The position numbers were made by a program, and so were the translations under genes. Positions 1 through 11,626 of a stretch of 64,000 nucleotides of DNA are shown here, piece after piece. The notes beneath the pieces were generated by a model, which had not been told where the DNA came from, did no database searches, and saw nothing but the letters and a program-made list of their open reading frames with translations. The number at the start of each line of letters is the position of its first letter. Position 1 is the stretch's first letter. The DNA is taken from NCBI GenBank assembly GCA_032718475.1, contig JAUCBJ010004353.1:42005-106004 (forward strand), in the 5' to 3' direction. Source of the stretch: Nemertoderma westbladi (Eukaryota; Animalia; Xenacoelomorpha).

Positions 1-493
1 ATTGTATAAAAATGACAATTTTATCAAATTCATTAAAAGATGAATTTAAATTTATTCCCGTAAATTTTATTATTTAATATTAAATAGACACAATTTTATT
101 CCAGAACATGTCTGGGGACTGGGATCCTTGATTCTAGGAAATTGGTCTTTTTAAGAATATCGGTAAGTGCTACGATATCTTAATAGACTAGAATTTTAAA
201 GGATCGAAAATTTGACAGATTTTGTAAATATTAATAATTAATATTTAGGATGGGCACCAGTTTATTCCAGAACTTGTCTGGGGACGTTAACCACTGATTC
301 TAGAATTTTGTCTTTCAAGTATATTGGTGGGTGCCGCGATATCTTAATCAACTAGAATTACAGATGGTCAAAGGGTTTAACAGATTTATTTGCATTGTAC
401 GCTACTGTTAAAGGGACATCACGCTACTATATGTATTATTTAATATACGGTATGAGAGCAATATCGCACTAAGCAATGTCAGTGAGAAGAGGC

Positions 494-789
494 TACTACT
501 ACTACTAGGATCGGCATGCTGCATTGCAGCTGCATTTTTAAGAATGCTGTGCCGGCTTGTCAACAAAATTGCACCGCCACAACTCCCTATCATCCATGAC
601 ATTTGCTAGATCATCCGCATCTTTAAGGCCAGTGTCCTTTAAGATGCGTCTCAAGAAAGTCATGGGCCGTCCACCATGCTTATTCACTCCATGAGGCTGC
701 CAAAGTACAAGATTATGCACTGGCTGGTCCTCACGGCGAAAGCAATGTCCTGCAAAGCGGAGGCGATTTTGTTCTAGTGTCAAGCTTAG
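494..789 (-). mobile_element. 5'-truncated RTE-clade LINE 3' end with (TAG)n tail
   Basis: Encodes RLRFAGHCFRR..LVLWQP..GRP..DTGL..MDDRELWR (typical RTE C-terminus). 8-bp TSD GAAGAGGC at 486-493 and 790-797. Empty site visible in the paralogous region near 35013-35020. Confidence 0.92.
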
Positions 790-1212
790 GAAGAGGCAAG
801 TCGTTTCCAAGGTCTACCCAGAGCTTGGTTTAGCCGAGACACGAGGATCTGAATTTTGCATTCCTAATACTCTACTTTACCAATAATACTTGAATATAGT
901 AGGATCTTTATTGTACTTTAATAAGTACGGATATTTCATCTTACTGTAGTTACGTATTTGTAATGTAATACTGCCAGTAAGGAAAGAGAAAAAGAATTAT
1001 TTCTCGCCGTCGCTGTAAATATATAATATATAAGTAATTAAGTAATAAACACTAATATATATTGCACTAATCTACTAAATAATCGCTAAAATAACATTCT
1101 ACTAAATAAAATTAAAGAAAACGATTGTAATAAAATTACATAATAATACGTACCTAAATATAAAATAATAAGAATATAAAATAATATAGTCACACACCCA
1201 CTCCAGCCGTTG

Positions 1213-2112
1213 TTAATTTGGGGAGTCCCTAGATGTTTGCTGGATTAGGGAGGTGGTCGTGGGAAGAGTATCTTGCCTTCCATAGTTTCCGGAGAGTTCT
1301 CTGTCTCTTTCCAGTAAACATAAACGACCAACTGGGCGATTGAGCTGCTGTGTCTCGAAGACAATTCCCGGTTTCTTGAAGTTACGTCGCATGACGACGA
1401 GTTCTACCGATCGCACCAAACCATCATCCGAGATGTGAGTCTCGATGATACGACCTGTCTGCCACCGCTTACGTGGAAGATCTGAATCCACAATAAGGAC
1501 CATGTCTCCAGCGCTGACGTTTTCTTGCTGCGCAAACCACTTAGTTCGAAGTTGTAGCATGGGCAGATAATGTTTTTCGAAATGGTCAGCGAAACGACAG
1601 GATAACAACTGCATAAGTTGCCAAGTTTGCCGGCAGTATTCGTCTCCGTCTGTGATTTCCGATCGTGGGAGCATGGCTACAGGTTTCTTCAGTAGGAAGT
1701 GCGCGGGTGTTAGCGCTTCCAGGGAATCGGGACTCGATGAGACTGGCATAAGCGGTCTCTCGTTGAGATAGGCGGCGATTTCCTCCATTAGCGTCCGCAA
1801 ATGTTCGTCGGTGAGATACGCGCGGCATGGCACTATAAAGTGAAATGCGGTCTTCACGCTCCTGATTAATCTCTCCCAACTTCCTCCCCACCAAGGGGTG
1901 TCGGCGGCGTTGAAGGTCCAGCTAGACGCTGTTACCCTTAGCTGATCGTCCACCTGTCTTTGGTTCCAATCTTTGATGTAAGCTTTGATTTCATTGTTGG
2001 CACCAATGAAGTTCGTTCCCTTATCAGATCTCATCGTGTTACTAGTTCCAAAGCGAGCGATCTGTCGTCGTAAGCTCAATAGGAAGCTGTTGGTCGATAA
2101 ATCGTTCACCAT
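1213..2112 (-). pseudogene. Bel/Pao integrase core and C-terminus (frameshifted from upstream pol at ~2110)
   Basis: SDKGTNF, PWWGGSWERLIRSVK, LNERPL, ALTPAHFL, W..GRI....DGLVRSV. Confidence 0.92.
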
Positions 2113-4730
2113 ATCAGATGGATAGCTCTACAAGTCATACAAACAAAGATGACACACCATCTCTTGACTATAGTCCTAGCACGATATACTTCAATAGGGC
2201 CAAATAAATCTACACCGGTATTAGTAAAGGGTGGTTCATAGAAGCTTACTCGTTCCCTAGGTAATTCTGCCTCTCGCTGTGTTAAAGGCCTACTGAATGC
2301 TTTCCTACAGGGTATGCAGTTCCTAAGAACTTGGTTCAGAGCTCTACGGGGTTTATAAAAATAATAGCGAGTTCGAATTTCGCTAAGAACTCGTTCTCTA
2401 CCAGCATGATAAAGTTTGCTGTGAACATCTACAATCATCTTGATTTGTATTTCAAGATTTCTAATGAGTATGGGAAACTTGGTGTCAAAGGATAATGGAG
2501 CATTAGTTAATCTTCCTCCAACACGTATCAACCCATCTATCATTGTGCTAGAGAAACGATCCCTTAAGCGCATCTGTGGGTTTCTCAACAACAGGAAATA
2601 CTTATCGGAATCCTCATAGCATTGCAGGAGTCTCAGCATCTGCTTGTTGGTTTCTTCATGCTCCTGATAACTGATCTTCTCCTTCAGAAACCTGTCGGAT
2701 ATCTTATATTTGGGAAGATCTTTAACAACATGGACCTGCACAGATGTCAGTGGAGCAGTATCACTATTGGTCTTCGTCCTGGAGTAGTGATGATGAAAAC
2801 ATTGCTTTAAATATGTAACGGCCTTACAGAGCCGATTCCAGGAACTGAAGTGATATATCGCTCTCTGCAGGAGAGGTGAGAGTCCTTGCGAGACGTCTGG
2901 TATTCCAGATTTCCAATCCCTCTCTCTGATTTCCACAACAGACTTATTTGTGGCTGTGGGTTTCGGATCCAAAGCGTCGTCTCCGGAAGTGTGTAGTACA
3001 GACAGATCTACCACGGGTTTAAATAACTTCGATTTACTCGCCCGAGTTTTAGGTTTGACTTTCTCCGCTCCCTTGGCCTGTCTAATTTCTGCTGTAGTAA
3101 GATGAGGAGGCCATTCATCCTCTTCTTTGCTTAGGAAGTCGGGTCCACCTAACCAGTCTGGAGTATCTATCAGTTCTTGTGGAGTTGCTCCCCTGGAGGC
3201 AATGTCTGCTGGATTAATCGTTCTGGGGCAATGTCTCCATTGATCCATCTTCGTGCGACTAAGTATAATGGCTACTCTGTTGGTAACGAAGACGCTGAAC
3301 TGACAGACTTCATTGGTTATATACTCCAACACGAGTAAAGCATCGGTCCAATAGACAGTTTTCTCCAGTGGATAGTCGATCTGTTCTGTTACATTCCGGC
3401 CGATGGCTGTAGCGTATAGAGCCGCTTTTAACTCCGCTCGAGGAACTTTCAACTTGTTGTTTATCAATGCCTTAGAGGTAACCAAGGCGACTTTGATTCC
3501 ATCCGGAGTTTCCACTCTTAGGTAGGCTACTATACCTATTCCCATATCGCTGGCGTCTCCAAACACATGGAGTTGATAGGAATACGTAGGGAGAACATGA
3601 CCAAAATATGAACGGGAAATTATAAAGTTCTCGATGGCTGGTAGAGAATCTTCCCATTTCATCCACTTCTTTAATAATTCTCCCTTAAGTGGATCGTCCC
3701 ATGAGTGGTTTTCAAGCCACATTTGTTGTACTAAACTCCGAGCAATCAATGTAACTGGGCTAATAAATCCCAATGGATCGAAATAAGTGCTCAGGATACT
3801 TAAACAAATCCGTTTAGTCCGAACTGGATTATCTCGCTGTTTTAGCTGGAAAAACAGGATATCTCTCTCTGTGTCCCATTTCAAACCAAGTGTCTTGGTC
3901 TCTGGAAGATCATCTTTGATTAGGTCTAGGTCTTTCGCTCCTCGATCTTCTACCGGGATCGATTCCAGAAACTCACGGGAGTTGCTGGTGAATTTAGTTA
4001 ATCGAAATCCACCTCTTTTTAAGCACTCTACCTTTCCTTTGGCGACATCAATGGCTTCTTCCACAGATGGAAGGGACTTTAAATTGTCGTCCATGTATAT
4101 ATCCCGTTTGATGTTGTCGATCACCACTTTTGAGAAGGCGTCCCGGTTGTCATCAGCAGTGGTGCGCACCACTGAGCAGGCGTTTGAAGGGCTTGAGATG
4201 ATCCCAAAAGCCTGGATGGTCATCCAATACTCCACCGGTTTCTGGTTGAGGTCTCCTTCAGGCCACCACAGAAATCGTAGGCTGTCTCGATCCCTATCCA
4301 GCGCCTTGACTTGTAAGAACATGCCTTCTATATAGGAGGCGAAAGCGATTGAATATTGTCGTAATCTTAAGAGTATTCCCAACAAGGATTGGAGTAAGTT
4401 GGGTCCTGGTAACAACTCGGAATTAAGGGATTGGCCCATGTAGAGGGCGGAGCCGTCGAATACTACTCGTACCTCATGAGGTTTACCGGGTTTGGGAACG
4501 TAATGATGTGTTAAATAGTACGTTCTTTCAGTTAGGGGTGTTCCTTCCGGTACTCGCTCCGCATATCCCTTATTAATAAATTTCTTCAACTGAGTCTGAT
4601 ACATTTCTTTAGCTGAAGCATTTGCCGTAAGGCGTCGATGTAGTTGAGCAATTCTTTTCTCCGCCAAGGGTCGGTTGTTTATGAATTTTGGTTCTCGCTT
4701 TCGGAATGGGAGACCGATTTCATATCTACC
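2106..4730 (-). pseudogene. Bel/Pao RT, RNase H and integrase N-terminus
   Basis: YYLTHH, RVVFDGS, DIYMDD, LHVFGDAS, PRAEL, WRHCP..NPADIASRG, H..HAG..CIPC, TGVDLFGP. In frame with gag across a single TAA at 4731-4733. Confidence 0.93.
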
Positions 4731-7217
4731 TTAATCTTTAAGAAAACGTGTAGTTGTCTCCTGGATCTGCTTGGCTCTTTCTTCTTCTACCGATAGGGCC
4801 TTATCGTAGGAATTGGGCTCCACCGCCTCCTGAGTAAAGAATCGTACGGCGTGTTCATCTCGAGTTTTCGCGTTATATCTCTCTATTACGTCATTCAGTT
4901 CGTCATTATAGTCGACTCGTCTTGATGGACTAATGACTTGACATAGGTTCACTTGGTTTTGCCAAGTCTCGTTTTCCGTAAAGATATCGATGGTATTCTC
5001 CTCGTCGAAGAGCTGGTGGATATCGTCATTATCTGAGGAGTATGGTGTTCCCTCAGTTGGGTCGTCAACTTCACTGCTCTCCACTTCCCATTCACTTAAT
5101 TGATATACCTGTTCTTTTGGTAATCTTGCCATTAGAGTTCTACGTGAAGGGCCAGTAAAGTACCAACCTACTCTAGTTCTTCCCGCATAGACTTGTAATG
5201 GTTGTGGTTGAGCAGGCCGTTTCTCCAATGTCTCAAGCGCCTCATGCGCATTTTGGCCGATGAGTATTTGCACTCCAGGGTAATCTGTGTTGAATCTAGG
5301 TATATTAAGTTGCTGGGTGGAATCGTCCTCATCCCAGTTATAAGGTTCTACTTGGCTGGTAGCGAAGTTCTTTATCGCCACCATTTTTACTGACCTTATA
5401 CTGTGTTCTCCTAGTTCATCCTGGGGGGTGGACAACGCACCTACATAATAATCCGCTATTACTGTAGATTTCCAAACCTGCATAATTCCTGACATGTTTA
5501 ACTTAGTTCGGAACTTGGGTTGTCCAGCAAAGATGTCTTCGGCTAGTTCTTTGTTGATGAATGTTCCTGTGCTACCGGAGTCAAGGAGGGCGTTCACTAT
5601 ATAACTCCTTTTAGGTCCGTGGACCCTCAACTGTACTACAGGAAATTCTCGGATTCCTACATTGGAAATTGGTGCTTTCCAAGATGGTTGTCGGTCAGAA
5701 GTAGTTAGGGGGAGCTCGCTGTCGGTGTCCTTTTCATACGTAAGTGCTCGATACACTGCGGTATTTATCAGGTAACAGGATTCGTCTTCGTTGGAGAATT
5801 CGTCCGTATAGAATCCTTCCATCTCAGAACTTTGGTCAGTGTCGTTCACATCACTGAATTGGACATGTAGTTCGGAATCACTTACCTGATTCGGGCTGTT
5901 TCGTTCGAATTCAGTGAGCAACAAGATATGATGTTTTGCGCCGCACTTCGCACACCTTGCGTCCAAGTAACAGGTTCGCCGTTGATGTCCTTGTCTGAGG
6001 CAATTATAACACAACCGCTTATCCCACATGACTTCCCGTCTATCCTTTAATGATTTCTTTAGGAATTCATCACACACATTCAAAAGGTGGGTCCCGTCAC
6101 ACAGCACACATTTCGGTTTGATGTTACTTACCTTATTTTGAGTAACGTTGTGCACACTCGTTCTTTCTTCTGGCTTTCTTACCTGAATTCTCTTAGGAGA
6201 CGTAGGATGAGTTTTTCTTACCTGTTCTCTCCTGTCATTGGTTCGAGACTTGAATTTACTTACGTCTTTAGGCGTTTTGTTGACGTAATAAGATCTTTCA
6301 GTGTCTTTCCCGCTGTCTTCTTCTTGAGAAGCCTGGCTTTCGCCGTCGTCGGTATAACACACTGGTGTTACTTTTCTCCTAGAAACGGGTTTCTCACTTA
6401 CCTTGCTTTCCGGTGTCTTCTCTCTGGACTGCTTTAGGAGCTGTAATTTTACTTCTCCATCTAAGAATGACATGAGATCAGCCATGGTAGGGTCTCGTCG
6501 TTGTTGTTCCATCATATATAACACTTTCTTATCCCAGCGTGTACCTACTCCACCTTTCGGTAAAGTAGAGGCCACGGCTCCAATAACCATAGAACTCTGA
6601 TATTCATGAGACTTACCTAGCCAATCTAATTGTCTACAGATCTCCTGAATCTCATCGGAAAACTCTATAATCCCGCTGCTAATGAATTTTCGGGGCGCTA
6701 CCAATTTTGCATACAAATACCTAGCTATGTTATTCCTATTACCATACCTGATGTTTAATGTATCCCAAACTTGTCTTAACCCATCTGGATGTCCAATAAA
6801 CTTTAACGCCATTAACTTGGGAGATCCTTCCAAGCACTCGATGAGGAATCTCAGTTTCTCTCCGTTAGATAGCACGGAGTTCTGTATGCTATCTTTGTAA
6901 TATTCATTAAAAGGTAACCATTTCATCTCATCTCCATTAAACTTGACGATCTCTCCCACCTTTACTGCTTGACGTGCTTCGGTTCTAGCCATTTGACGCG
7001 TAAAACTTTCTTGAGCCATCGTGTTATTTAATATCGAGTTATCGGTATATAAATTTCTCGGATTATTATCAAGTCTATATGGAATATCATTGTCAACAGG
7101 TTTATAATTACCCTTAATAGGGTTTACTATAGGAGTTTCCACTTCACTAGCAGTATAGATGCGTGTAGGCTCCACACCTTGCGCATGAAATACTTCAGAC
7201 CTAACAGGTTGACACAT
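4731..7217 (-). pseudogene. Bel/Pao Gag (capsid-like region, Cys/His knuckles) and aspartic protease, 5'-truncated
   Basis: KFNGDEMKWLPF, CVLC..H..C, CYNCLRQGHQRRTC, CAKCGAKHH, ALLDSGS. Confidence 0.92.
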
Positions 7218-7233
7218 TGTTACAGGGGGTGGT

Positions 7234-7586
7234 TGTAATCGTTTTTATTTCGAAATATTAAAAATGCTTTCAGTTATTTTTAAGATAGAATATAATATAA
7301 ATACACAATAATTGGTACAATACATATAATATACACAAAACAATTATAATATATCTTTTACTCTATATCCAATCGTTTACACCAATAATCTACCTAAAAA
7401 CCCCTTTCCTCACCACCCCTCTCCTATACATATTCTCTCATCCAAATCATCACAGCTGGATAACTTCTCACTACATACACACTCGTTTACAAACCAATTA
7501 TTAAATCACTTTATACTAATCATATACTCTACTCACTGTAACCATTATAGTGATCATGACTATAACCTATACAACAAATTATTACA
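7234..7586 (-). mobile_element. Gypsy-type 3' LTR (353 bp)
   Basis: Minus-strand termini TGTAAT...ATTACA, preceded by purine tract GAGGGGGA. AATAAA near the 3' end. Lies directly downstream of a Gypsy integrase. Confidence 0.85.
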
Positions 7587-7634
7587 TCCCCCTCTGATAG
7601 AACCCCGTCTATCATATTTATTACATCCCCCTCA
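7587..7634 (-). promoter_or_regulatory. Duplicated polypurine tract / LTR start
   Basis: GAGGGGGATGTAATAA occurs twice, about 39 bp apart. Confidence 0.75.
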
Positions 7635-7643
7635 GTAACATCA

Positions 7644-8504
7644 TCAATAACGTTTTGGATTTCCATACAGATCAACAGGACGTCTCACACTTGTAGATCG
7701 TCGTGGTATTACTGCATCTTCATTTTCGTCATTATCAGTATTTTGGTTGCTGTTATCGCTTTGATCAAACTCTCCACATTCAAATTCTAAGAAATTATCG
7801 CTGTCATCGGATTTTATTATATTATCATCCTCTTTAATCTTTGCTTTTTCCAAACGGTCATCAATATTTACTTCTACTGCGTGTTTTATTATATCAATGT
7901 TTACAAATTTGTCTTTGATCTCCTTATTGGTATTAGATATTCGTACTGTTGTTGAGTTTATAATATCAGTCACTGTCCATCCCTTTGTCCATTGTGTCAT
8001 GTGTTTAGGCGACCTATCTTCACGTAATAAATACACCAAATCTCCAGTGGCAAAGATTTGTGGTGTTGAAATGTCTATTCCATCTAATTTTGACATACAC
8101 TCTTCCAGAGTATCAACTAAAGAAGGATTTAGACCTTGGGACCATGATGACCCAGATTTCTTATTGATATTTCTAGAACAACAATCCCAACCACACATCG
8201 CTTTTGTAGGACTCATGGCAGTTGTAGTCGTAGGTCTGTGACGATAGAAATATAACAATTGATCCAATTCTACAGCCCAATCTGTACTTCGTTCTAACGT
8301 TTTTCGTACCAATGTTAAAAATGATCTATTAAAACGTTCTACTGCTCCCTGACTTCTTGGATGTCTCACTGCTCCGCGTCTAACAATAATATTAAAAGAG
8401 TTATATAATGCTTTCGACATGGAATTCCATAACTCAGTACCAGAATCGCAACGTATCACCTCGGGGGGACCCCATCGTCGGCATATCTTCAGCAACTTGG
8501 ACAC
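7644..8504 (-). pseudogene. Ty3/Gypsy integrase C-terminal fragment
   Basis: GPPEVIRCDSGTEL..HPRSQGAVERFNRS..YRHRP..SP; acidic tail ending PRRSTSVRRP. Confidence 0.88.
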
Positions 8505-8510
8505 AACAGT

Positions 8511-11072
8511 TCATTCAAGTTGTCGAATATCCGTCTGAGATTTCTTCGGGAGGTTCCTTTCTATCTCAAGAAGTTCCTCTAAAGGATCGTCAGTGATCGT
8601 AGTCGTTACTTCGAAATCATCACCAAGGTGACCGATAGGCGCGCGCGTCTGCCGTGATTCATCCATAACCTCCACGATACGTTCTCCTTCATAGGGTAAC
8701 AATGTAAACATAGATGGTCTTTCGATAAGAGATCCCGCACAGCGAAGATACACGTCTCGAAATATACTAAATCCTGCTCGAGTAAAGGCATTACACTGAG
8801 CGTCGGAGTTGTAGAAGGGTTCAAGAAATCGTCTAAACACGTCGGTATGAATTCTCCCTTCCATGTAGAACGTATGATCTTCTCCGAGACAAAGTGGATG
8901 TCTTTTAAGAGTCCGAGACACAATGTCGGCGATTAAGCAAACATTCACTGACGACTCTATTGCTAAATAATATTGTAGGACCGCTCTTGGAGGTGACGTA
9001 ATAGCCCAATACACGCATCCTCTCCATTTGAGCTGTGATTCAAACTCACTCATATCTGGAGTATCACCTTCTCCATAAGTCTCAATATACTTGGCTCTCT
9101 TACTTTCCTTATAATCCCAATTGAATAACAGGTAGGAAATGTATCCAGTTCCGGTCTTCTGAGTATTATACTCACGAAAATATCCTTGTTCTATAGACCA
9201 CAAGATAAGAGGTCGAGTGTCGACGTACGGTGTCGGTAGTCGGTCATCGCTGTCCGTCATGCCAGCGAAGTCGCTAATTAAGTCTTCTCTTACTCCTGAT
9301 CCAATCTTTACAACAGTTTTATCTAAAATCATATTTCTTACCATCTTCGGTAGCATTCTAGCATCGATATTACAAGCTTGGTCCATCTTCTTTACTATGT
9401 TAGTGATGAGATGATGTCGCTTTGTATTTGCTGGAGGTATCGGCATTCGTTTGTCGCTCCTCTGTCTACTGAAAACGTGCAAGACTCCGTCCGCCGCTCT
9501 AATTTGTATAGTCTTAGAAGTCAAACTCTGTTGATGACTGCCGCCCTCGTTATCGTAAAACATGTAACCATTTTCCTGAAACGATCTAAACGTTCTATTC
9601 CATTCGTCCAACAATTCTTCCGAAGGTTGCCAAATCTTCTCTATGTCCTTATCATCTTCGAAACGAATAACCTTACCTCGCCAATCCGCGGCAATATCTG
9701 TATCCGACTCGAAGGTTCCAGTTCCAATCCATAAACGAATCGTTCTGGTTAAATATCCTTTCAAATTACTCGGAGCTATATCAGCACCAGCTCTATCCAG
9801 TTCCCTAAAGTCTTGAATATGAGGTGGAACGTTATACACGACCTTTTGAGTAATATGTCTACGTAAATCATATATCTTACTCATATCGCTAAAAACAACT
9901 GCAGGAAGGAACTCCAAGTTTGAAATGATTTCTGGATGATCCACGATGGGTATTTCGTACGTCGTATCCTGTCGGACTGGTATACTAATAGGAAAATTGA
10001 GTGTCGTACTCAATGGTTTCGTAGTCGAAGTACTATATGGTTGTATTTCTCTTGTCCTCTCCGGGGATGCAATCTGTAGTCTCTGAATAACATTTTGAGC
10101 AAAGTTTATGCTCTCGAAAACTTCCGGTGTCATCTCCTTAGCTGGAGTTTGATCGTGTGACGTCCAATGGTAAGGTAGGCTCGCGAGTCTTCCGCCCCAT
10201 TCTTCCATCTCACCTTTCTCGAAAGCCTTGTAGGCTCTGTATAGGCTAAGAGCTTCTTTCTTTTCGCGGGTTGACTGATTCGCCTCGTCCAGCGTAAGTT
10301 CAAATGCATCGGGTTCAACAACCTTAGGTGGGTAAACGACAGTTTCTCCCGCCTTTGGTCCAGTCATAGCAAACGAATGATATGGATTTGATAAAGGATA
10401 CCCTCCTTCCTGGTAGCGTAGTTGTTGATGGTTCGAACACCTCGCCAATATCGGTTCAGGATTTTCCTTATTCAAACGCATCGGAATCGCATTTCGTTGT
10501 TCGCGCATACAAGAACCGCATTGATAATAAAGTTTATAAACTGAAAATGCTTCCTTTGTTTCTCTATCGTCCCCTCGAGTTCGTCTGTAAAGATGCATTC
10601 TATCAAATTCATCTCGTACCGCGGGCATAGGTTCGTGCGCCTTTAGGTATTGCATGGTATGATACAAACGACTAATTTCAGTATCGGGGTCTTCGTTAAT
10701 GTCTCCCGTATCACACAAAGCGTCGTACGGGTAAAGTTCATTGAAGGTTTTGCGCAAACTTTCGATTCTTTCATTTAATGCGTTTTGCCTTCTCTTTAAT
10801 ACATTTGTGTCATATTTAGTTCTCGCGAGTTTCGCTGTACTCTCTGATAATTCCTTTATACCAAATATAGTGTAGTCTTTGGCTCCAAATCTCTCGAATG
10901 GCGCTGCTGCTTCCTCTTGGATATCATATCCCCATCTCGGCTCTCCATGTATCTCCTTCTCCATAATTAGAGGTGTAGTTACATAATCATTACTACTAGA
11001 GGGAATACAACAGAGTTTGTAGTTAGTTGTGAGGAGACGTGAGAGTTTTCGTCTGCCCTTTTGGCTCGACAA
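8511..11072 (-). CDS. Bel/Pao accessory ORF (env position): Zn-finger plus DEDDy/WRN-like 3'-5' exonuclease-like protein, C-terminally truncated; first ATG ~10963
   Basis: 853 open codons starting ~550 bp after the pol stop. YMFYDNEG..TIQIR..LHVF (ExoI), LPKMVRNMILDKTVVKIGSGVREDL (ExoII), YVDT, YLAIE (ExoIII-like). Colinear homolog at 29564-33814. Confidence 0.8.
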   Translation of the reverse strand: MSSQKGRRKLSRLLTTNYKLCCIPSSSNDYVTTPLIMEKEIHGEPRWGYDIQEEAAAPFERFGAKDYTIFGIKELSESTAKLARTKYDTNVLKRRQNALNERIESLRKTFNELYPYDALCDTGDINEDPDTEISRLYHTMQYLKAHEPMPAVRDEFDRMHLYRRTRGDDRETKEAFSVYKLYYQCGSCMREQRNAIPMRLNKENPEPILARCSNHQQLRYQEGGYPLSNPYHSFAMTGPKAGETVVYPPKVVEPDAFELTLDEANQSTREKKEALSLYRAYKAFEKGEMEEWGGRLASLPYHWTSHDQTPAKEMTPEVFESINFAQNVIQRLQIASPERTREIQPYSTSTTKPLSTTLNFPISIPVRQDTTYEIPIVDHPEIISNLEFLPAVVFSDMSKIYDLRRHITQKVVYNVPPHIQDFRELDRAGADIAPSNLKGYLTRTIRLWIGTGTFESDTDIAADWRGKVIRFEDDKDIEKIWQPSEELLDEWNRTFRSFQENGYMFYDNEGGSHQQSLTSKTIQIRAADGVLHVFSRQRSDKRMPIPPANTKRHHLITNIVKKMDQACNIDARMLPKMVRNMILDKTVVKIGSGVREDLISDFAGMTDSDDRLPTPYVDTRPLILWSIEQGYFREYNTQKTGTGYISYLLFNWDYKESKRAKYIETYGEGDTPDMSEFESQLKWRGCVYWAITSPPRAVLQYYLAIESSVNVCLIADIVSRTLKRHPLCLGEDHTFYMEGRIHTDVFRRFLEPFYNSDAQCNAFTRAGFSIFRDVYLRCAGSLIERPSMFTLLPYEGERIVEVMDESRQTRAPIGHLGDDFEVTTTITDDPLEELLEIERNLPKKSQTDIRQLE

Positions 11073-11626
11073 CGCTCTAACCTCCTACCCATAGCCTAAG
11101 ATCTAGGGTTTCTTTAATGACACGCTGCTTCTTATCTAAAATTTTTTGCCGAAATAAAAACGAATTTGGGATAAACTGGCTGTGAGTCTAAAATACTCAC
11201 TTTTTGATCCCAAACTATTATCAGAAAATAAGCAGTCAAGAATTAGTAATAAATATAGGGAAGTCTATTTATTGACGTAACTTATTGAAACAAGACCGTG
11301 TAAAATTTAATTAAAATTTTAAGAAAGGCTCGCAAGTCTTCCTCTCTTGTTTCTCTAATTTTAAGTTCCACCCGACTGTACCCTGAAATCTATTCACTGG
11401 AGAAAATTTTAAAAATTTTTCAAATCCAAATGGATTGTCTAAAATTTCGAAAATGTCTCAATATTGTGAGTTCCAAGTAGAATTCCATTTCTTATACCTA
11501 CAAATCCCGCTCCTATGTGACACATAAGGGTACTACCCTCAATGTTCACATATAAAGACAATGGAATTCTACCGCTGTCCTTACTACAGTGTACAGGTAC
11601 GTGGAAATCTATTTGTAAACTCCTAA

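Larger units (their letters stand above)
1..7233 (-). mobile_element. Bel/Pao LTR retrotransposon, family A copy 1 (5' part cut off by Gypsy LTR; 3' spacer runs off window start)
   Basis: gag-PR-RT-RNaseH-IN in order on - strand. 1-1212 aligns with 34528-35435 and 5020-7233 with 36085-38260 (copy 2). Homology stops at 7233, where the Gypsy LTR begins. Confidence 0.93.

Noticed and set aside
4731-4733. In-frame TAA between gag-PR and RT as programmed readthrough
   Set aside because: Family B is open through the equivalent region and this copy has another lesion at ~2110; a nonsense mutation is simpler.
8511-11072. Accessory ORF as an envelope glycoprotein or host gene
   Set aside because: No evident signal peptide or transmembrane anchor; intronless; both homologs sit at the same position behind Bel pol.
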